DNA from: Chitinophagales bacterium
GTDB lineage: Bacteria; Bacteroidota; Bacteroidia; Chitinophagales; Chitinophagaceae
Reading direction: 5' to 3'
Length of the DNA: 64,000 nt
Assembly: GCA_038244655.1 (NCBI GenBank)
Contig: JBBRTG010000010.1
Coordinates: 12,303 to 76,302, forward strand
Below are positions 57,990-64,000 of the stretch, in pieces. Position numbers and translations under genes: made by a program. The number at the start of each line of letters is the position of its first letter. Positions within the stretch are counted from its first letter, which is position 1. A model generated the notes under the pieces. The model did no database searches, was not told the DNA's origin, and was given only the letters and a program-made list of their open reading frames with translations.

Positions 57990-60329
57990 ATGAAAAATGT
58001 AATTACCTATTTTCTTACGATGTTGATTAGCTATCATCTTTCAGCACAACCCAATAATTCGGCCAAATCAAAAGAATTAGTAAGTAAAATGACTTTAGAA
58101 GAAAAGGCAAAGCTCGTTGTTGGCAATGGTTTTAAATTACCTGGTATTCAGCCGCAGGGACCGGTTATTGGCCAAACACAGGATAAAGTTGCCGGCGCTT
58201 CAGGAACTACTTTTGCTATTCCACGTTTGGGTCTTCCTTCAATTGTTGTGTCTGATGGCCCTGCCGGTGTACGCATTGATCCGATACGTAACAAAGACAG
58301 TTCTAAAACATATTATGCAACGGCGTGGCCTGTTGCCACTTTACTTGCATCATCGTGGGATACGGCATTAGTAAAAAAAATAGGCGTTGCTTTTGGCAGG
58401 GAAGTACATGATTATGGTTTGGATATTATTCTTGGCCCTGGCATGAACATTCAGCGCAATCCTTTAGGCGGAAGAAACTTTGAATATTATTCTGAAGATC
58501 CTATTATGTCCGGAAACATTGCTGCAGCATTGGTAAAAGGTATTCAAAGCAACGGTGTTGGTGTATCTATAAAACATTTTGCAGCAAACAACCAGGAAAC
58601 TAACCGTAATACAGTTAACACAATTGTAAGTGAAAGAGCGCTGCGGGAAATTTATCTGAAAGGATTTGAAATCGCTGTAAAAAAATCTCAGCCATGGACC
58701 GTTATGAGTTCTTACAATAAAATAAACGGAACATATACCTCTGAAGAATATGATTTGCTCACAACCATCTTAAGAAAAGAATGGGGTTTCAAAGGGCTTG
58801 TAATGACTGACTGGTTTGGCGGTAAAGATCCGGTTGCACAAATGAAAGCAGGCAACGATTTGCTGATGCCAGGTACAGCGAAACAAACGGGTGCAATTAT
58901 TGAGGCAGTAAAAAACGGAACACTTGATGAAAAGGTTTTGAATGAAAATGCAGAAAGAGTTCTCAATCTTATATTCGAGTCTCCTTCATTTAAAAAATAT
59001 AAATTTTCTGATAAACCCGATCTAAAAAAAGATGCAGAAATTTCACGTGCCACTGCAGAAGAAGGAATGGTATTATTGAAAAATAATAACAATGCACTTC
59101 CTTTAAATAAAAGCACACATAACATTTCATTGTTTGGTGTTAATGGTTATGAATTGATTGCAGGCGGCACAGGCAGTGGTGATGTAAACAAAGCTTATAC
59201 AGTTTCATTAATGCAGGGGCTTTCCAATGCGGGTTATACTGCAGATGGTGAAGTAAAAAATATATACACAAATTATTTAAGTGATGAACATACAAAGCAT
59301 CCTAAGAAAAGTTTTTTCGAAGAGTTCATGCATCCCACTCCACCAGTAACTGAATACTTTTTTGAGAATGATTTAATAAATAAAAAAGCTTCAGAAACAG
59401 ATATTGCAATTATTGCAATTGGAAGAAATGCTGGAGAAGGCCGGGACAGGAAATTAGAAAATGATTTCAATTTATCTGATACTGAAAAAACATTAATTAA
59501 AAATGTGGCCAATGCATTTCATTCTCAAAATAAAAAAGTAATTGTTGTATTAAACATTGGCGGTGTAATAGAAGTAGCGAGCTGGCGGGATGATGTTGAT
59601 GCAATATTACTTGCATGGCAACCAGGACTTGAAGGCGGTAATGCCATTACAGATTTGTTAAGTGGCAAAGTAAATCCATCAGGTAAGCTGGCAACAACCT
59701 TTCCCATGAATTATAATGATGTGCCTTCAGCAAAAAGTTTTCCCGGCAAAGAATTTTCAGAGCAGGCAACCACTGGAACATTTGGAATGAAGTTGATACC
59801 CGCCGAAGTTACTTATGATGAAGGTATTTATGTTGGTTACAGGTATTATAATACTTACAAAATTAAAACTGCTTATGAATTTGGATATGGAATGAGTTAT
59901 ACTAATTTTTCATACAGCAATTTAAAATTAAGTTCTTCTAAGTTTAGCGGCCAGTTTGCAGTTTCTTTTGTAATTACCAATACAGGAAAAGTTGCAGGTA
60001 AAGAAGTAGCGCAACTTTATATAAGCGCTCCTTCAGGAAAATTAAACAAGCCTTCAGAAGAATTAAAGGCTTTTGCAAAAACAGCATTACTTAAACCCGG
60101 CCAAAGTGAAACTATACATATTAATCTAAGTGCATCAGACCTTGCATCCTTTGATACAAAGCGTGCTTCATGGGTTGCAGATGCAGGAAAGTACAGCATT
60201 AAAATTAGCGCTTCATCTGCTGATGTTAAGCAAAGTGCTGATTTCAATGTACCAAAAGAAATCGTTGTTGAGAAAGATCATAATGTTTTATCACCACAGG
60301 TAAGTATTACAGAATTAACAGGCAAGTAA
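57990..60329 (+). CDS. glycoside hydrolase family 3 beta-glucosidase, exported
   Basis: 779 aa. Signal peptide, GH3 N-terminal domain (KHFAANNQE, the VMTDW nucleophile motif), C-terminal domain and an Fn3-like domain. Confidence 0.92.
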   Translation: MKNVITYFLTMLISYHLSAQPNNSAKSKELVSKMTLEEKAKLVVGNGFKLPGIQPQGPVIGQTQDKVAGASGTTFAIPRLGLPSIVVSDGPAGVRIDPIRNKDSSKTYYATAWPVATLLASSWDTALVKKIGVAFGREVHDYGLDIILGPGMNIQRNPLGGRNFEYYSEDPIMSGNIAAALVKGIQSNGVGVSIKHFAANNQETNRNTVNTIVSERALREIYLKGFEIAVKKSQPWTVMSSYNKINGTYTSEEYDLLTTILRKEWGFKGLVMTDWFGGKDPVAQMKAGNDLLMPGTAKQTGAIIEAVKNGTLDEKVLNENAERVLNLIFESPSFKKYKFSDKPDLKKDAEISRATAEEGMVLLKNNNNALPLNKSTHNISLFGVNGYELIAGGTGSGDVNKAYTVSLMQGLSNAGYTADGEVKNIYTNYLSDEHTKHPKKSFFEEFMHPTPPVTEYFFENDLINKKASETDIAIIAIGRNAGEGRDRKLENDFNLSDTEKTLIKNVANAFHSQNKKVIVVLNIGGVIEVASWRDDVDAILLAWQPGLEGGNAITDLLSGKVNPSGKLATTFPMNYNDVPSAKSFPGKEFSEQATTGTFGMKLIPAEVTYDEGIYVGYRYYNTYKIKTAYEFGYGMSYTNFSYSNLKLSSSKFSGQFAVSFVITNTGKVAGKEVAQLYISAPSGKLNKPSEELKAFAKTALLKPGQSETIHINLSASDLASFDTKRASWVADAGKYSIKISASSADVKQSADFNVPKEIVVEKDHNVLSPQVSITELTGK

Positions 60330-60355
60330 TTTATAATCATCTTTTAAATAATTCA

Positions 60356-60390
60356 AAACTCTCCGGATCACGGGGAGTTTTGATTGTTTG
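60356..60390 (+). terminator. rho-independent terminator after the GH3 gene
   Basis: aaaactctccg-gatca-cggggagtttt, followed by gattgttt. Confidence 0.7.
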
Positions 60391-60449
60391 GGCAATGAAA
60401 TCCTTTGCGGTATTTTTGCAACCCGCAGAATTTTTGCGTGCTATGTAAT

Positions 60450-62573
60450 ATGAAAGAATTCAAGCGATATTTAATAACTGCAGCTTTACCTTATGCCAAC
60501 GGCCCCAGTCACATTGGCCATTTGGCAGGTTGTTATCTTCCTGCAGATATTTATGCCCGGTATTTAAGGGCAAAAAAAGCGGATGTAAAATTTGTGTGCG
60601 GCAGCGATGAGCATGGTGTGCCCATTACCATCCGTGCAATGAAGGAAAATATTACTCCGCAGCAGGTAGTTGATAAATTTCATACCATTATCAAAGACAG
60701 CTTTGAGCAAATGGGTATTTCATTTGATATTTATTCCCGCACTTCTAATCCTGTTCATCATAAAACCGCACAGGATTTTTTTTTGAATTTGTATAATAAA
60801 GGTTTGTTTGAAGAAAAGGAAACAGAACAATATTATGATGAAGAAAAAAATACATTTTTAGCAGACAGGTATATCATTGGCACTTGCCCCGTATGCAGCA
60901 ACCCGAATGCTTATGGCGATCAATGTGAAGTATGCGGGTCTTCATTAAGCCCGGAACTATTAATAAATCCGCACAGTGCGTTAAGTAATGCAGTTCCTGT
61001 AAAAAGAAAAACAAGGCATTGGTATTTTCCTTTGCAGGATTACGAGCCTTTCTTACGGCAATGGATACTCGAAGATCATAAAGAATGGAAAACAAATGTG
61101 TATGGCCAATGCAAAAGCTGGCTGGATAAGGGTTTACAGCCACGTGCCATGACGCGTGACAGCAACTGGGGCGTGCAGGTGCCATTACAAGGCGCAGAAG
61201 GAAAAGTATTGTATGTATGGTTCGATGCGCCTATTGGATATATTTCTGCAACTAAAGAACTTACCGATAAATGGGAAGATTATTGGTGCAAAGAAGACAC
61301 AAAGCTTGTTCATTTTATAGGAAAAGATAATATCGTTTTTCATTGCATCATTTTTCCTGCAATGCTAAAGGCGCATGGAAATTTTGTTTTGCCTGATAAT
61401 GTTCCTGCAAATGAATTTTTAAATATAGAAGGCCAAAAAGTTTCTACAAGTCGCCATTGGGGTGTATGGGTTGATGAATATCTAAAAGATTTTCCCAATC
61501 AGCAGGATGTGCTGCGCTACGTGCTATGCGCTAATGCGCCTGAAACCAAGGATAATGATTTTACATGGAAAGATTTCCAGGACAGAAACAATAGTGAGCT
61601 GGTTGCAATTTTCGGAAATTTTGTTAACCGAACTTTTGTTTTGATGCACAAGCTTTGCAAGGGAAAAGTTCCGCCATTGCATCCGGATATTCTTGATGAT
61701 GATGATAAAAAAATGACAAATGAATTTGGAGCGACTAAAATTAAAATTGAAAATTCATTAGACCAATATAAATTCCGCGATGCATTATTTGAAGTAATTG
61801 ACCTTGCAAGAAAAGGAAATAAATATATGCAGGATAAACAACCCTGGATAGTTGCCAAGCAAACTAACGGTAACGGACAGTTGACAACAGAAGCACAAAA
61901 CGAAGTTGACAATTGTCTTCATATTTGTTTACAGCTTTGTGCAAACCTTGCCATTTTTATAAATCCTTTTTTACCTTTTACAGCAAAAAAAATGATTTAT
62001 ATAATGAAGGTTGTTGATAAAATGCTGGATTGGGATAATGCCGGAAAACCAAAGCTGCTAAGCGTTGGATATAGTTTAAGAGCGCCGGAATTATTATTTA
62101 GAAAAATTGACGATGCTGAAATAGATTTACAAATTCAAAAGTTGAAAAGTGGACTTGTTACTTCAGCAACTGAACAATCAGCAGCTAAAATTAAAAAAGA
62201 AAATAAAAAAATGGAACCAGCTAAATTAGATAATGGTAAAATAAAATCTGAAATCGTTTACGATGATTTTGCAAAAATTAATCTTAAAGTAGGAACAATA
62301 ATTTCTGCAGAAAAAGTTGAAAAGGCAGATAAGTTATTAAAGCTTGAAATTGATCTGGGTTTTGAAAAAAGAATTATACTTTCAGGAATAGCACAACATT
62401 TTTCGCCTGAAGAAATAATTAAAAAGCAAGTTGTTGTTGTTGCAAACCTTGCTCCTAGAAAAATGAAAGGGATTGAAAGCAATGGAATGATTTTAATGGC
62501 AGAAGATAAAGAAGGTAAATTGTATTTTGTAAGTCCTGATAAAATTATTGAGAATGGAAGTGGAGTGAGTTAG
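60450..62573 (+). CDS. metG: methionine--tRNA ligase
   Basis: I place the start at the ATG at 60450 ([24 protein letters not shown], the HIGH motif). A KMSKS-like region (VSTSRHW) and a C-terminal tRNA-binding domain. The 15-codon extension in the ORF track is unlikely. Confidence 0.96.
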   Translation: MKEFKRYLITAALPYANGPSHIGHLAGCYLPADIYARYLRAKKADVKFVCGSDEHGVPITIRAMKENITPQQVVDKFHTIIKDSFEQMGISFDIYSRTSNPVHHKTAQDFFLNLYNKGLFEEKETEQYYDEEKNTFLADRYIIGTCPVCSNPNAYGDQCEVCGSSLSPELLINPHSALSNAVPVKRKTRHWYFPLQDYEPFLRQWILEDHKEWKTNVYGQCKSWLDKGLQPRAMTRDSNWGVQVPLQGAEGKVLYVWFDAPIGYISATKELTDKWEDYWCKEDTKLVHFIGKDNIVFHCIIFPAMLKAHGNFVLPDNVPANEFLNIEGQKVSTSRHWGVWVDEYLKDFPNQQDVLRYVLCANAPETKDNDFTWKDFQDRNNSELVAIFGNFVNRTFVLMHKLCKGKVPPLHPDILDDDDKKMTNEFGATKIKIENSLDQYKFRDALFEVIDLARKGNKYMQDKQPWIVAKQTNGNGQLTTEAQNEVDNCLHICLQLCANLAIFINPFLPFTAKKMIYIMKVVDKMLDWDNAGKPKLLSVGYSLRAPELLFRKIDDAEIDLQIQKLKSGLVTSATEQSAAKIKKENKKMEPAKLDNGKIKSEIVYDDFAKINLKVGTIISAEKVEKADKLLKLEIDLGFEKRIILSGIAQHFSPEEIIKKQVVVVANLAPRKMKGIESNGMILMAEDKEGKLYFVSPDKIIENGSGVS

Positions 62574-62577
62574 TGAG

Positions 62578-62605
62578 CAATTGGCAATTGACAATAGACA
62601 ATAAA
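62578..62605. repeat. degenerate heptamer array
   Basis: caattgg caattga caataga caataaa, directly after the metG stop codon. Confidence 0.6.
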
Positions 62606-62650
62606 AAAAACTCTTTAATTTTTTAAATAGTTGTTTAACTAATTTATACA

Positions 62651-64000
62651 ATGCAAAAAAGAAATATAAAAAAAGTTGCAGTTTTAGGAAGCGGGGTAAT
62701 GGGAAGCCGCATTGCATGCCACTTTGCAGGTATTGGCTTGCAGATTTTGTTGCTTGATATTCCACCAAAAGAATTAACTGATGCAGAAAAGAAAAAAGGT
62801 TTATCAATTGATAAAACAGTTGTAAAAAACCGGATTGTAAACGAAGCGTTAGCTGCGGCAATTAAGTCAAACCCTTCACCCGTTTTTACAAAAGATGTTA
62901 TCAAAAATATTACCACCGGGAATTTTGAAGATAATATGAAAGATATTGCCAATTGTGATTGGACAATTGAAGTAGTTGTTGAAAGGTTGGATATTAAAAA
63001 ACTTGTTTTTGATGAAGTAGAAAAATATAGAAAGCCCGGCACTTTAATTACCTCCAACACTTCCGGCATTCCCATTCATCTTATGGCAGAAGGGCGCAGC
63101 GATGATTTTAAAAAAAATTTTTGCGGAACACATTTTTTTAATCCGCCACGGTATTTACGCCTTCTTGAAATTATTCCAACACGTTATACTGATAAAGAAG
63201 TTGTTGATTTTTTAATGCACTATGGGGATCTGTATCTTGGTAAAACTACCGTGCTTTGTAAAGATACTCCTGCCTTCATAGCCAATCGTATCGGGGTTTT
63301 CAGCATTATGTCTGTCTTTCATTTAATGGATAAAATTGGTTTAACTATAGATGAGATAGATTCTTTGACAGGACCAATTATCGGCCGCCCAAAATCTGCA
63401 ACTTTTCGTACTGCCGATGTTGTAGGGATTGATACGCTGGTAAAAGTTGCTAAAGGTGTTGCAGAAAATTGCCAAGATGATGAAGCAAAAGAAACTTTTA
63501 AAATTCCTGCGTGGCTTAATAAAATAGTTGAGAATAACTGGCTGGGTGATAAAACAGGACAGGGATTTTTTGCTAAGAGAAAAGGAGATAAGGGAGAAAA
63601 AGAAATTTATGTTCTTGACCTGAAAACATTTGAATATAAACCAAGAAGCAAGCCAAAGTTTACAACCACAGACGCAGCTAAACCAATTGAGGATCTCAAA
63701 CAAAGATTAAAGTTATTAGCTGCAGGAAAAGACAAAGCCGGTGAATTTTATCGTGCTTTTCATTACAACCTCTTTTCTTATATATCTAATCGCATCCCTG
63801 AAATAAGTGATGAAATTTATCGTGTTGATGATGCTATGAAAGCCGGCTTTGGCTGGGAGATTGGCGCATTTGAATCATGGGATATTCTGGGAGTAAAAGA
63901 AACGACAGGAGCTATGAAAGCAGCAGGATATACTGTTGCAAAATGGGTTGATGATTTTATCAACGCAGGTAATACTTCATTTTATAAAATTGAAAATGGG
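62651..64000 (+). CDS. 3-hydroxyacyl-CoA dehydrogenase family protein (FadB/FadJ-like), runs off the right edge
   Basis: Absent from the ORF track because it is open-ended. My translation from the ATG at 62651 gives MQKRNIKKVAVLGSGVMGSRIACHFAGIGLQILLLDI...CGTHFFNPPRYLRLLEIIP...KDTPAFIANRIG. This covers the NAD-binding and 3HCDH motifs. Confidence 0.88.
   Translation, partial: MQKRNIKKVAVLGSGVMGSRIACHFAGIGLQILLLDIPPKELTDAEKKKGLSIDKTVVKNRIVNEALAAAIKSNPSPVFTKDVIKNITTGNFEDNMKDIANCDWTIEVVVERLDIKKLVFDEVEKYRKPGTLITSNTSGIPIHLMAEGRSDDFKKNFCGTHFFNPPRYLRLLEIIPTRYTDKEVVDFLMHYGDLYLGKTTVLCKDTPAFIANRIGVFSIMSVFHLMDKIGLTIDEIDSLTGPIIGRPKSATFRTADVVGIDTLVKVAKGVAENCQDDEAKETFKIPAWLNKIVENNWLGDKTGQGFFAKRKGDKGEKEIYVLDLKTFEYKPRSKPKFTTTDAAKPIEDLKQRLKLLAAGKDKAGEFYRAFHYNLFSYISNRIPEISDEIYRVDDAMKAGFGWEIGAFESWDILGVKETTGAMKAAGYTVAKWVDDFINAGNTSFYKIENG

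Noticed and set aside
60405-60449. 15-codon extension of metG, and similarly the 24-codon extension of the hydrolase gene at 52630-52701.
   Set aside because: The metG extension precedes a canonical [18 protein letters not shown] start. The hydrolase extension is read out of the heptamer arrays. Both use non-ATG or upstream starts with no family support.
62493-63703. Minus-strand ORFs 62493-62861, 62644-63075 and 63341-63703.
   Set aside because: They are antisense to the well-supported 3-hydroxyacyl-CoA dehydrogenase gene starting at 62651. The sequences are low-complexity and have no recognisable motifs.

Overview
This window looks like an origin-proximal chromosomal segment of a low-GC Bacteroidota genome, probably Chitinophagaceae or Sphingobacteriia-like. 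The taxon call rests on SusC/SusD, a T9SS C-terminal sorting domain, DUF3127/DUF4293 and ECF-sigma/FecR modules. About 50 protein genes are supportable.

Main gene content, left to right:
- Sugar ABC-importer operon, truncated at the left edge, with a YhcG/DUF1016 nuclease gene wedged inside it.
- ECF-sigma / FecR / STN-SusC / SusD / LamG nutrient-uptake locus.
- LemA-TPM-TPM operon.
- DUF433/DUF5615 toxin-antitoxin-like pair translationally coupled to pgk.
- metY-metX-hom operon.
- A 1222-aa T9SS-sorted surface protein.
- A compact defence island, then tRNA-Pro, tRNA-Ser and dnaA with an AT-rich candidate oriC.
- Housekeeping and envelope genes: NatAB-like ABC exporter, Wzz/Wza, glyA, uvrA, kup, paired LD-carboxypeptidases, GH3, metG and the start of a fadB-like gene.

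The most interesting locus is 25666-32245. It is a tightly overlapping five-gene minus-strand operon: vsr, dcm, a GHKL (MutL/MORC-like) ATPase, a Z1 helicase-like NTPase and a PD-(D/E)XK protein. Just downstream lie two paralogous 30-40-aa hydrophobic mini-ORFs separated by twin 10-bp-arm palindromes, plus a decayed BRO-N gene fragment.

The window also carries three kinds of non-coding structure:
- A REP-like hairpin repeat family in six copies, one pair in a MITE-like inverted arrangement.
- A recurrent class of degenerate 7-8-nt tandem arrays that fill short intergenic spacers.
- Several unusually long perfect palindromes.

All calls come from reading the supplied translations and the sequence by eye. 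No database search was run.
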